Of a stretch of DNA of 64,000 bases, positions 49,381 through 61,339 are shown in pieces. Every line of letters begins with the position of its first letter. The first letter of the stretch is position 1. The notes beneath the pieces are model-generated. The model had not been told where the DNA came from and made no database searches. It saw nothing but the letters and a program-made list of their open reading frames with translations. Position numbers and translations under genes: made by a program. Source of the DNA: Lama glama (lineage: Eukaryota); the NCBI GenBank assembly GCA_028534125.1, contig CM052817.1, forward strand, positions 37,884,001 through 37,948,000, read 5' to 3'.

Positions 49381-51174
49381 ACTGGTCCCTATAACACCCC
49401 TCTTGAGTGCCAGACTCACACTCCTATGTAACTAAACCTAGAGACTTTGACTTTTATTAAGAATTAGCCTTGTGCTAGTGTGTGTTCTATAATTTGTAGT
49501 ATAAAACCATTGACACAGTTGGAGTCAGCAAATCAGTATCTTCAAAGCAACTTGAATATAAGCTCTTGCAGTTAGTATCATGGTATATATACAGGATTTA
49601 AAGGCATAGGTTATGCAGGCTACTAGATGTGATTTATTCCAGTCATATTTTTCAGGAAATAGGTTGCCAACACTAGCTTGAAATTGTAGATGTTCGTAGT
49701 GAGTTAGAATGTCAAGTAGATTTCCTGGAGAAAGCTTTGTTAATGTTTACAAAGAGGGAAAAATGCATATTTAGACACATACTGGCTAAAATTCCTAAAT
49801 ATTAAATATTAGAAATGTTACATAGAAAATACTGTGTTAGTGTTCAAGGACAGGGCAGTAATCTGGAGCTTTCCGAGCTTCGCAGTGTAAGTTTAAAAAG
49901 AAAATTTCTCTGGTTCGGAGATCACATGATGAAATTCAAAACAGAAGAGGCAGGGACACTTAAGAAGCTCAGTCCTTTGATCATCCCTCCCGAAGCTGCC
50001 TTTTGAGTTGGTTGCTGACTGTTTCCTGCCTTACCAACGCGTCTTCCAGGAATCACAAAGCACACATACACACTCCGTGTGGTACTTCATGGTCCCTCCC
50101 TGATGTTTACTGGAAGCATCTTAAGCCACTTTACAATTCCTACAGGACACCGTTTTTATTAAAGCTGGTTCTCAGCTGTCACTTCACTTACCCATGCTGA
50201 AAGATGCTCTCAGGAACTATTGTGAATTGAGTCACTAGAACTGGCATTTTGTTTGATGCATAAGTAGAGACATAAGATCAAGTAAGTGTTAACTAGCAGC
50301 GATATATTAAAGAATCTATTTTGGAAACTGCACGTATCTCAGATACAAGAAACTTTACCTTTCCCATAACCCTTGTTGCATAAGTTTTGCACAATTCAGT
50401 GTATTTCCTGATTTCATATTATCATTCATTAAAAATCATCTTGTGTGGTTGTATTATTTCATATATTATGAAGAAACACAAAATAGTTGGCATTATTTTT
50501 CTAAGTGTTTTTTTTAAAGTACCTAAACACTTCTTTTTCATACAGACTTTCTCCCCTAGTTTCATGCTTCTTTAGTTGTAAACTAAGAGTTATAAAAACA
50601 TATAGAAAAAGGTGTCTGTGTAGCATTGTGGATGTGCTAGTATCAGCCTCCATTTATGTGACTCCTTAATCAGTGTTTTCATTTGGACTTCATTCCTGAG
50701 CCCCAGCATTAATCATGAAACAAGCACTCATCGAGTTGCTGCTGTGTGCCAGGTAGTGTTCTCACATAGTAGTGAATCCAAAGTCATGCCTGCTATTGTG
50801 AAACGTTCTACATTCCAGCGAGTCCAGGAGGAGGTTGGAGACGTAAGGGAGGACAAACAATAAACAGACAAATGAATGAATTGTAAGTTTACAGAGAACA
50901 GTGCTATGGACTAAGTAAAGTGTCTTCCCCTCTGATCCTTGGCTATGCATTGCTGTTAATATTTTTTAAAACACATATCAGATCGCATTGCTCTCCTGCT
51001 TGAAATTCTTCTGTTTCATTTTGGAATATGAACTTTCTAGCTTGGCATTATTCATCACTTTATAATCTGACCTACATTTCTATCTGGCCTTGTCAAAATA
51101 CAGGACTCAAAATCTGAATCCCTCTTTTTCTCTCTTGTCCAATTGGCTAACATCTGTTTAACTTTCAGGATACG

Positions 51175-51255
51175 TGATAGGCTGAATAATGTCCCTCCCA
51201 CCCCAAAAACCCACATCCTAATTCCCAGAACCTGTGACTATACCTTACATGATAA
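51175..51255 (+). mobile_element. MaLR LTR 5' fragment (MLT1D-like)
   Basis: 'tgataggctgaataatg...cacatcctaattcccagaacctgtgactataccttacatg'. Confidence 0.75.
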
Positions 51256-51278
51256 CAGGTTCTAATTATGCTTCTGCA

Positions 51279-51404
51279 TAAGTTGCAAGATTTAGCAAAT
51301 GAAAATACAAATGCCCAGTTGAATAAGAATTTCAAATAAATAACAAATAACTTATTGGTATAAGTGTGCCTTGAACATTGCATGTATTTTATCTGGCAGC
51401 TCTA
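51279..51404. mobile_element. MER53 hAT MITE, internally deleted, with perfect 8-bp TSD
   Basis: Ends 'taagttgcaagatttagcaaat' and 'tgtattttatctggcagctcta'. TSD cttctgca at 51271-51278 and 51405-51412. Confidence 0.85.
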
Positions 51405-51844
51405 CTTCTGCACAGCTGGTAACAAGCTCTTTACGAATGGTAATAAATGTGTATCTTAAACATCTACAGAGCAATTACAGGACATACTGTAGAAATCATT
51501 CTAGTAGCCAGGATAATTCATTAGGCTATTAAAAAATCTCCTTGCATTTTGACTTTCTTGTTAGCATTAGTCTTAGTCGAAGATTCTAAGGCTTATCAGT
51601 TAATCTTTTCTGATAAAATGTTCATATGGAACTAAAATTGTGATATTCCTACAGTGTGCCTTTTTCTTGTTATTTCAGCCTTAGGTTTTTATACCACTTT
51701 CCCCAGGGCTTTAAACTGCCATTCTTATCTGGGCAGATAAAAAAGATCATTAATAAAACGAAGCAGACTGAGTAAGTATTTAAAAGTGCAGAGACTTTAT
51801 AATTGCCAATACAACTAGAGGTGGTAAAAATGTTGACTAGATGT

Positions 51845-51882
51845 TATTAGTGGAGATAGTCTATTAGTGGAGATAGTCTATT
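51845..51882. repeat. 17-bp perfect tandem duplication (TATTAGTGGAGATAGTC x2.2)
   Basis: Read directly from the sequence. Confidence 0.95.
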
Positions 51883-52532
51883 TTGAGATTTAACAGCAAA
51901 CAGTGGGTTTTCAGGACAGGCATAGGTACCTCACATTTGTTTTGAATATTTTCTTAGAAGTGAATAAGCCCAACTCTCTTTATGTGTTATGTGCTATTTT
52001 CTTTAAGTGGTACACTTTAGAATCATATGATAATTCATGCACAGACAGTTCACGTGATTGATCTCCCATTTAAAAAAGAAATTGATAACCTGCTAAAAGA
52101 AAGACAGTCCTCAATGGTAAATATATTTCATAATCAACCAAATTGTGTGAATTTAGTTTTTCTATAATCACTTAAAAATAAAAACTGAGAAATAGTTTTT
52201 TTTTCCAAACCATGACTGATTATTTTGCATTCTGACAATTCAGAATTGCTCTATGAACATGTCATTTTAATTTTAATCTGAAAATTATTTTCATAAAATA
52301 AAATCCAAAAGAGTTGCATTTGTCATCTTACAAACCACAAAATAAGAACATTCCTGTCCATTTCATGTTTTTAATCTGGCCCACAATGAAAAGCCAGTTG
52401 TTTCCCTGCATTTTTGGTGAATATCAAAATGTGAGTAATTTCCTTCATAACAGAATATATCAGTTTTTCCTACTATGGAATGGATACTGTTTACATACAA
52501 AGACAGGTGCTGGAGAAGAGAGCCTAGATTCT

Positions 52533-52707
52533 TTTTTTGGTTGTTAAATTTATTTTTTATTTATTTAAAGATTTTTGTTTGTTTGTTTTGGGGGGAAGGT
52601 AATTGGGTTTATCTATTTATTCATTTTACTGGAGGTACTGGGGGTTGAGCCTAGGTCTTCATGCGTGCTAAGTACGTGCTCTACCACTGAGCTATGCCCT
52701 CCCCACT
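52533..52707 (-). mobile_element. vic-1-type camelid SINE with extended tail
   Basis: tRNA-Ala-like body. TSD ga(g/c)agcctagattct at 52518-52532 and 52708-52722. Confidence 0.9.
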
Positions 52708-53354
52708 GACAGCCTAGATTCTCTCAGAGTTTCAAAAGTTATTTCTACGTGATTGAAGCTTGATAAACTTGACTAATGCAATGAGGTTTTCCATTTCAGG
52801 TGTGGGTGTACTGTAAATTCATCTTGATGACCTTGCATGCATATTGCTGCCATATGGTCTTTTCACAATGGCTACTTTATTATTTTATTATAACCAAATT
52901 TTAGCTCATTGAAAATATTTTAATGGTGCATAATGGATGTATCTGGGAGTGTGGGCAGTAGATATGAAGGAATTAAACTTCACATGGGTCCTGGAATGTG
53001 ACCTTGTTTTTCCCATTGGGATTTAATTGGGCTGTTTATGTTTAAACTTCCCCAAAGTTCAATAGAGTGTTGGTGGACAACCTGTAGTTGCCTGGCAAAC
53101 TCATAATGGAGGTTGAAAATTTTAATACATGGAGTATTTTTGATTTCTCGGAAAGAGCAAATTCAGAGGTCTTACAGAACTATCATTGAATGTTGCTATG
53201 TTTAGGACTATGCATAGTCTTGTTTTTTAGTAAAATGAGTAAAATTGAAACATGGACTCAATGTGTAGTATGTAGTCATTGTTATTCATGAAGGACTTGA
53301 ATTAAGACATAAAGCTAGGTTGACTGAAGCCATACCTTATCTGGGAGTCAGTAC

Positions 53355-53870
53355 TCATTCATTCATTCAGCAAATATGTGTTGTATGCCTACCATTGTGG
53401 CTGGTCCTGTGTAAGATGCTGGGGATGCAAACATGAGTAAGAGATATTCCCTTCCTCAAGAGCTCCATGGTACTGTGAGTAACAGGCATTTGTAGTTGTA
53501 AGATAAAGAGAGTGGTAGAAATATGCCTGTGGTATCTTGGGAGCGCACTGGAGCAGTTTTCATAGACTGGATCTGGCAGGAGTGGTCTAATGAGGCTTCT
53601 AGGATGAATTTATATCTTAAGTGAAGCTTAAAATATAAAAAAATAGGTTAAAAAGTAGGAGTATGTGGGAGAAGGATTTTAGGGAGAAAAAACTGCATGA
53701 GGGAAGGGGAAGGGAGACAGCACATGGTATCGTGAGATATTGTAAGCAATTTAAGATTGTTAAAATGTGAAGTACAGTCAGAAAAGAAGTCTAGAGAGGC
53801 AGGTAGTGGTCATTCCATGAGGGTCAGAGATACTTGATCTTGGGTAAGTTGGGAAGATCCCTGTCAATGT
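53355..53870 (-). mobile_element. L2 3' fragment
   Basis: 'cattcattcattcagcaaatatgtgttgtatgcctac...tgctggggatgcaaac...ccttcctcaagagctc'. Confidence 0.75.
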
Positions 53871-55499
53871 TGTTTTATCTTTCTTTTTTTTTTCACCCTC
53901 CTGTGTGAGAATAACATTCTTTGAGAGTCTCTGAAGATTTTTAGTTTGGCCATACACAATCCCCAAGGCTGGTCTAAATGTCTTTTAGGACAAACCCTAC
54001 CTTGTAATCAATTTTGCTGACAGATGGGAAAATATTCTTGAAGACCTGAGAATAATCCTATTTGTCTTTTTCCAAATAGTTTTTAATATTCTGCAAAGTA
54101 GATATTTACATTTTTCTACCTCCAGGAGAACAAACATGTGAGGAACAGTGTGAGAAAGCCCCCTTCTCATTTCTGGTATATCATGGGCTTTATGTCATCA
54201 CAACTGACAAGACAAATTGTGACATTCACAATGTGTTATTATTGGACATAAAATGTTTTTTTTCAAAAACCAGGTAAAGCAATCCATCAAATCCATTGAA
54301 AACATGCTACCAAATGAAGTCAGGTGAATTGGATTTACAATGCCTTGGGAGTAAAGATTTCTCATATGCAGGACCTATAATCATTTGACATGAAATTGGT
54401 AAATGTCAGGGACAGCCGTATCAGACTCTTAGGAATTCATTCTCACTATGGAAATGGTCTTCAGTTATACTTGTAATATAGAATAGAGAATTCCTCAGTG
54501 TATTGTCCTAACATGGAATAGAAAAGTAAACTGACACATCCATCATTTCTTACTTTCTAGAACCATCTTTGAAATTCTTGAGGAAAAATTAAAGCGATGG
54601 TTTCCTCCTGGATTGCTACATTGTAGGGTAGCCCATTCATAATCTGAAATAATGTGTAATTCACAGTGTTGAATTTAAATATTAGCAGGAAAATATATTC
54701 AGGGTTTGATGCGCTTTACCATATTAACTTGTTTCCTATAAATAAATTTCAAAACATTTTAAAATTCTGGTATAATGTGCCATAATCACTGACACTGAAA
54801 TAATCTTTTAACTAATAAAATGCTAATAATAATATGCTAAGTTTATCTTCTATTTTAAGGTTTAATTACATTTCTTCCCGTTATATTTGACACCATCCAA
54901 GGACTCTAAAATGCACTATGACCTTGAAATATAACTTCTTACTGAAAGTCTGCTAAAGTCTAAAGAGTAAACATTGGATATTTAGACACTCAAGTGATAG
55001 TTCAGAAACTTGCCTGTTAGGTATCACTTAGATTCTTTTTTTATAAAATCGGGCCTGCCAAGCTCACCTCATTGAGAATCAAGTGTGTGAGCACATGCTG
55101 AAAGCCAGAAAGCCCTATGTAATGAAAAGTATTTTTAACTTAAAAAAAATGAAATACCATATTTAATTAGTGTGATACAAGGACCACTTGCATTATTCTG
55201 TCATAATGAAAAAGTTTTTCTCGATCTACTCTTAAAGAGGAGTCTGCTGTTAGACGTCTCTGTGTCCACGCGTTCTCTTTTGAAATGTGTATGCGTGTGT
55301 ATGTCTGTGTCTCATCTACAGCTATATAAGTATCTGAATATCTAATAGGGTAAATATGAATGGAAAAATTTATAGAGTTATATAAGAAGAAAACTTAACA
55401 ATGAAGTTTGAATCCATGGGCATCAAGAATACAGTGACTTCTGGAAATATTCCCTACTGCCTTTATTTATTTTTCTTTCTTTTTTAGTTTTAATTTGCA

Positions 55500-55585
55500 T
55501 CTATTTATTTATTTAACTTTTTTTTATTGAAGTATAGTTGATTTACAGTGTTGTGTCAGTTGCTGATATACAGCATAGTGATTCA

Positions 55586-55620
<35 letters not shown>

Positions 55621-55675
55621 TTTTTCATATTCTCTTTCCTTATAGGTTATTACAAGATATTGAATGTAGTTCCCC
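55500..55675 (-). mobile_element. L1 3' end with (TA)n at ~55590-55618
   Basis: 'ttattgaagtatagttgatttacagtgttgtg...tataggttattacaagatattgaatgtagttccc'. Confidence 0.9.
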
Positions 55676-55768
55676 TGTTACTTTTAAATATGGCTAGGCG
55701 AATAATATGTGTTAGTATTTATTAATAACACCCTTCCCTATTATTTTACTGACAAAATATGGGAACAA

Positions 55769-56282
55769 TGTCAGGGTCACCAAGACTACTGCCAGCTTTG
55801 GACTCAGAGGACTCAGAATGGAGTCCTACTCACACCTAGGATTCATTACAGTGAAAGGATGCAGTGCACAGTCACCAAAAGGAACAGGCACACGGGCTGA
55901 ACTGAAGGAAATCAGACACAAGCTTCTGGGCGTCCACTCTCAGCAAAGTCTCAGAGAACATGTCTAATTCCTGCAGCGACAAACTGTGACAATGTGGCTA
56001 CCAGGGAAGCTCACTGCAGATTCACTGCCCAAGACTTTTATTGGAGTTGAGTCATGTAGTTCCCTCTGCCTGGCATGTTCCAAAATTTGAGAGTCTTAGA
56101 AGGAAAGCAGGTGTTCAGCGTAAACCACATTGCACACACAGTTTTGACATTCTTATTAGTTCTGGCAGTGGTGGGAACGCGCCTCAAATCCAGGGTTCCC
56201 ATACCCTGGCCAATGAGCAAACTTTGAAGCGGGCCTTTTTAAGGTTAGCAGTATCAGGCCTGCTATTAACTCTATTCTGCAT
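55769..56282 (-). mobile_element. ERVL solo LTR (MER21C-like)
   Basis: 'tgtcagggtcaccaagac...gctaccagggaagctcac...agaaggaaagcaggtgttcagcgtaaaccacattg...caggcctgctattaactctattctgca' matches the remembered antisense MER21 consensus. Confidence 0.8.
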
Positions 56283-56529
56283 GGAAACCAAATCTGTTAG
56301 ACTTCAGATTCTTGAGTGGGTACTGAAACTTTTTCCCCCTAGGATATTAATGTACTTTAGCAGTTGAATTTCCACACTAATTGGGAATAGTTAACTTCAG
56401 GGTTTCTTTAGGCCAACTAAACATCTGCTGTCTCTAAATTTTAGATTACTGCAGAATAAATGAGGCTTGATTTTCATAGAGAATTGTATTTAAGATTTTA
56501 TTTCTATCAGCGGTGACTCTCATTAATTT

Positions 56530-56920
56530 ATCTAGTTCATTTCTGCTCACTCTTCAGCCTTCAGCCTAAGTCCTTATTATCTATCTATCTATCAATCTCA
56601 AATCCTTACTCTTCCTGACTGTCTAGGACTGATCCCATTATAATAGATAGGTCCACATGACATAATATACTTTTCTTCTCTGGAACTTGTCATAGTGCAA
56701 AATTGGCATTTCTGGATTTTCTTTTTTAATGGAGGTACTGGGGATTGAACCCAGGACCCTGTGCATGCTGAGCACACACTCTACCACTGAGCTGCCCCCT
56801 CCCCTTGAAATGGTTTTGATAAATGTCTGTCTTTCCCATTAGATCAGAAGCTCCACTGTATCCTTAGCGTGTAGCAGACAGAATTCCAGGCCTGTAGTGT
56901 GTAGTCAATAAATGTTTGTT
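56530..56920 (+). mobile_element. L2 3' fragment, interrupted by vic-1
   Basis: Ends 'gtctgtctttcccattagatcagaagctcc...tcaataaatgtttgtt'. Confidence 0.55.
56718..56805 (-). mobile_element. vic-1-type camelid SINE
   Basis: 'aatggaggtactggggattgaacccaggaccctgtgcatgctgagcacacactctaccactgagct'. Confidence 0.88.
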
Positions 56921-57589
56921 ACCCGAAAACTTTAGGGAAGTTTGATGTGTGTGTGTCCTCAGATCATCAGAATTGAGGGAGGGAGCTAGCTCCTGTGTAT
57001 AGAATTCTGGGTTTTAAAGAGTGGTAACTAGGCCAGAGCTCAAAAAAGATTTAAAATAAAAACTGTGGCATGTTTAATGCATTAATGTAGAGGGGTGCTG
57101 TGCTCACCCTGCAGAGGGAGGACGGACACCCACCCCAAATTTAACTTGGATGTTGAGACTAATGATGTCACACACGTACCAAGAGGGTATGAAAATGCTT
57201 ATTGCTCATATAACGGAGCTTTCTGGGGGAGAGCAGGGCATGTGCCGAAGCAGATCTAAAAATGGCATGAGAAAGCAGGGAGCAGAGACTGGCTTAGGAG
57301 TTTTTTATGGTTAAGGGATGGGGCCAGGGTGGGAGTTTCTTTATGCCTGGCCCAGGGCTTGTGTAATTTGAACATCCCACTGGTGCCAAAGCAGGGAGAA
57401 CCTGGGGCTTTCTTATCAGCTAGGGCAGAAGTGCAAAGGGGGAGAGGAGGGAGGCTGGAATAGGGGAGGCCACCTCCTCCTGCAGTAGGCTTTGCCGGAG
57501 GGCCTGGGCTTGGCTCTGTCCTGTAGCAAGGAAGCCTCGGGGCAGTGCTGATCTTGCAGGGTGTGCTTCCAGGACCCGAGGCATGAGGT

Positions 57590-58500
57590 TCGTGCTGCTG
57601 AGTGTGGAGGATCTTGTACTCAGGCCCTGTGAGAGCTTCTCTTCTAAGGAGACTGCAGAATGCTTCTAGCAAATGCCATTCTGATGATATGTAGCTGAGG
57701 AGGGCAGTTTCTTGTATCACAGTCCATGTGCAATTTATGTCCATTATGGGTGGGCCAGAGATTCCAGGGAACATGAGAGGAAGTTTCCAAATAAAGCCTT
57801 CTTTGTGAAGAAGGCTCAAGGAGGCAGGGGGCACTAGTGGGCGTGCCTTCTGTATTCCAGTTTGGACAGTCTAAGCCTTTTGTTGTAGGAGGTCTCATTT
57901 GCCTTGGGCTAATTTGTAAGGAACAGCATAAACGGGCTTAAGTAAAATTTGTAAATGAGGAATATGTTGCCTCCTGAATCCAGGAAGGTCTAAAAGATGC
58001 TGGGCTTGCTTTAACACTGTGAGTGCTGAAGCTTAATGACTGTTTCTGGATAATGTCAGGGATGGAGTGACCCTTGGCTTACCAGGTAGTTTTCAGGGAT
58101 TTAACTGAGGTGGTGGGGCCTTGTACTATGTGTGGGGCACCCCCCGTCCCTTTTTTGTGAGCTTTTGTGAATGTTTGACTAAGTGTGTCAATTGAATCTC
58201 CTTGGAGGTGGATGTCATCAGTGTGATTAACATTTGCTCCTGGAGAAAGTTGGATGAAGTTTAGACCTTGCCGCAAGGACTGTGTGTCATGGCGGAGCTG
58301 TCGAAGTACTCAGCCAGGGGTAGCCAGGTAAGGGTACATTATGTGCCTGCAAAGGTGAGAGGCTGCTGAAATAGGCATTGAAGAGAACATGTTAATGAAA
58401 TCTATAATAGCAAAATATATAGCAATGGCTGATGGGCTGGAATCAATCATTTCAGTAATAGTGAGTGTGGGGACCTTAATGGGCGAGGCCACAATGTGAA
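57590..58500 (-). pseudogene. Decayed ERVL pol (RT and tether/RNase H connection)
   Basis: Frameshifted pieces: YFAIIDFINMFSSMPIS (RT motif, cf. AIDLANAFFSIP), HTDDIHLQG (YIDD relic), APHIVQGPTTSVKSLKTTW (cf. KIQGPSTSVKFLG..W) and SEWHLLEAFCSLLRREALTG (cf. EKQLLACYWALVETE). Confidence 0.8.
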
Positions 58501-58709
58501 GTTACTGTAATCCATTAGGAGGCGCCATTCATTCTACGTTTAAGAAAAGGCCCAGTTTGGCTGTTCATGGAGGAAGAAGAGTGGCCATTATCACCCTTTT
58601 TTTTAATATAGGTCTTATAACACTTCTTGAAGGGGAAGGTGTGGAGTCCCTTTTTATCAGGCCAACTGCAAGGACCAAAGGCTTAATTTAATTTTAATTT
58701 ATCACTCAT

Positions 58710-58950
58710 TGGGTCAGAGTATCCACAGTCACTATGGGATATTTTAGGGCCGTGGACACCGTGGCTATGGGAAATTTAGGCAAGGTAGTAGTTCCTGGGG
58801 GTTGAGGTAAGGCACAGATCTTTATCTCTATTTTATGTTTTGTAACTTTCCTATGACTATAGATGGTACTTTGTTTAAATTAGTAGGATTCCCAGGTTTA
58901 ACTGGAATTTGAATCCCAGAATTGATTGAGGTTATGAGAGTTTGGCAGTT
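58710..58950 (-). pseudogene. Decayed retroviral protease
   Basis: Minus-strand translation gives QTLITSINSGIQIPVKPGNP (cf. ALLDTGAQITVIPGDP) and YPIVTVDTL (cf. IIGxDIL). The catalytic Asp is lost. Confidence 0.55.
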
Positions 58951-60046
58951 GGTGCATTTCAATAGATGTTAAATTTAATTCAGAACCTACGTGGCAGAGG
59001 CATAAAAGCCAATCAGTTCTCTTTTATCTTTTTGTTGTATAAATTCTTTTAACGAAATTTGGATTTCCAGTCCAGGTGTGGCCTTCTGCTTCAGTTTTTT
59101 GTTTCCATCTCCTGTTTGAGTTTGTTGTTGTTTTGTTGCTGTTGGGTATACCTCAGTAGGAAGGAGGTCCTCTCTACACTGCTCATATTTATGTTTCTTC
59201 TTCCAGAAGCCTCATATCGGTATCTTAAAGATGAGGGTTCTCTTCCATGTCAGTGTTTGCTGTATAGGGTTGAAGGAGCTCAGGCTGATGTTGGGTGTGG
59301 ACTCACCCCTTGGCTGTGTCAGGGGGGACTCATGGGTGTTTTTCTCTATAATCCTAAGGGTAAAGAGCTTTGTTGTTGATAGAGGTATAGGCAGCAGCAT
59401 TAGCAAAGGCAGCTTAGAGTGTCCTGGTTGTAGCCATCTGCTTTTATGAGTGTGACCTCAGCACGCCACACAGTAACTGCTTTTCCTCCACACAAGAGAC
59501 CTCCCGAGGGGCCTGCATGTTGTAGAGGATACGAGCCTTTCTCCTGAGCACCCTAAAGAAGGGGCCAGTTCCTCGGTGAAACACAGACCCTGAGCCTTGT
59601 GTCAGTGGCAGTGTGTGTTAGAATCAAGACACATGACTCACAGATAGGTCCAGGTCCAGACACGTGATCCACGGCCACTCAAACGTGGGCCCTGATTCCA
59701 TACTCTTGTCCTAAATGCCACCTTGTGAAACTTCAGATGGTGGTCAGTTGAATCCATAACAGAAGCTTGAGAAGACTCAGCAAATGCAGGAGGAGAGATG
59801 GATCTCCCACCCAACATTTGCTTCATATGTCAAGACTGATGATACCATACGTGCACCAAAAAGGTATGAAAAGTCTTGCCACTCACATAATGTGACTATC
59901 TAGGGGGAACAGACAGGGGAAGTCTTCCTAAATGGGTTGAGAGAACAGGGAAAGGAGACTGGCTTGAGATTTTATTGTGGTTTGGGCTGGGGCTGGGACG
60001 AGGGTTCTTGTGTGCGTGGGTCAGGGCTTGAGTGCTTTGAACTTCC

Positions 60047-60054
60047 TGACGTCA
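60047..60054. promoter_or_regulatory. Perfect CRE (TGACGTCA) abutting an ETS core in the proviral 5' LTR
   Basis: acttccTGACGTCA; the minus strand reads TGACGTCAGGAAGT. Confidence 0.35.
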
Positions 60055-61339
60055 CCAAAAGAGGGAGCATCTGAGCTTTCTTAACAGCTTTCCCAGATGT
60101 CGGGCAGGAAAGGAGGGGGAAAGGGAAAACTGGAAAACAGACATCAAACATCAAAAATGAAATCAGACTCTGTATTACAAGAGGATGGGAAGGACCTGCA
60201 TGTGTATTTCTAAGTGGCCTCTTTTGGTATTTGAGGTATGTCTGTTTATAAGGAAGTGTTGGGTGTCTCATTTTTATGTAAATGCTGCTTTGTGTTAAAA
60301 ACCATGCTGAGATAACCTTTCTTGCTTTCTTTTTTAATCCCCAAATTTTATGTTATCTGATATAGAAATTTAATAATACTGATTTACTGAGTCTATTATT
60401 AGCACTGCAGACTTTAATTACTATTCCGTATGTCCAGTTCAAAATCATGAACGCCATCTGAATTTTATTGTGTTCTCATACAGAATTCATCTAGGAAGTC
60501 AGTCAGCTGGAATAGGCATGAGCAAATAAGCGTCTCATTTTGGACAGTTACTATAATTTATGACTTATCATGACCACAATGTGTAAATAGTTCTTAAAAA
60601 TGTCAAATGTCAAACTGAACCAGTGGGCTCATTCAGTGAAATTTCTCATAAGAGTGTTCTCATTTTCAATTATGTGTATGAACTTGGTCAGCTCTGGCCT
60701 TGCAGTCTGAACTTGTGGTTTGGCATCATTCTCTTAGAAGTTGCCTGTTGGCATGAATCTTGTAATATACCATTGTCCTGTACAAATAGAATGTAAATTT
60801 AATGAAGGTAGGAATTCTTTTATGTTCGGTTTGTTCATTGCTGTATCCTCAATGCCTGGAACAATGCAATAATAGCTGCTGAATAAATATTTTAATTGAG
60901 TTCTTTGACAAGACGTACTTTTTACTCTTGGATAATTAAAAATAATTAATTGTAATTTCGATAATTATAAGCCTAATTTCAATTTCAGAATCATGATATC
61001 CCTCAAAGAGTACCACGGTGATTTTTTTAAAAAATAATCCATGGAAGGCATGTTTTTTGGGTGACTATTTAAATATATTGAGACAGGTTAGACGGAATCA
61101 TAAGTAAAGTAATTTGTTAAGCTTATATAATCACATATATAAATTATGTTTATTTGGCATATTTGATTTTAAGGATATAGAAATCTTATATGAGCCAAAA
61201 GGACAGGCTGTATATTATAGTCAGTCTTTAAGGGAACTAGATTTGTAAAGATTTACGTTAGATTCTCTTTCTTTTTCAGGGAATGACGTGATCTTCTTGT
61301 CTTACGGTTTCTTAGTTTCCATTTTCTCATATTACTGGA

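Larger units (their letters stand above)
57110..60179 (-). mobile_element. Internally deleted class III (ERVL-like) provirus with two LTRs (MER54/MER88-like)
   Basis: The 5' LTR at 59785-60179 starts TGTAATACAGAGTCTGA on the minus strand. A homologous, U3-truncated 3' LTR lies at ~57110-57470, sharing 'gtatgaaaa', 'gagactggctt', 'cagggcttg' and 'gctttctta.cagct'. Decayed pro/pol motifs lie between them. Confidence 0.85.

Noticed and set aside
54561..54630. Strong acceptor followed by TIFEILEEKLKRW
   Set aside because: No credible donor site downstream and no recognised homology.
57256..57834. 192-aa minus-strand ORF, the longest real ORF
   Set aside because: A chimera of a short in-frame pol tether relic, off-frame pol and LTR sequence. 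It is not a coherent protein or a domesticated gene.
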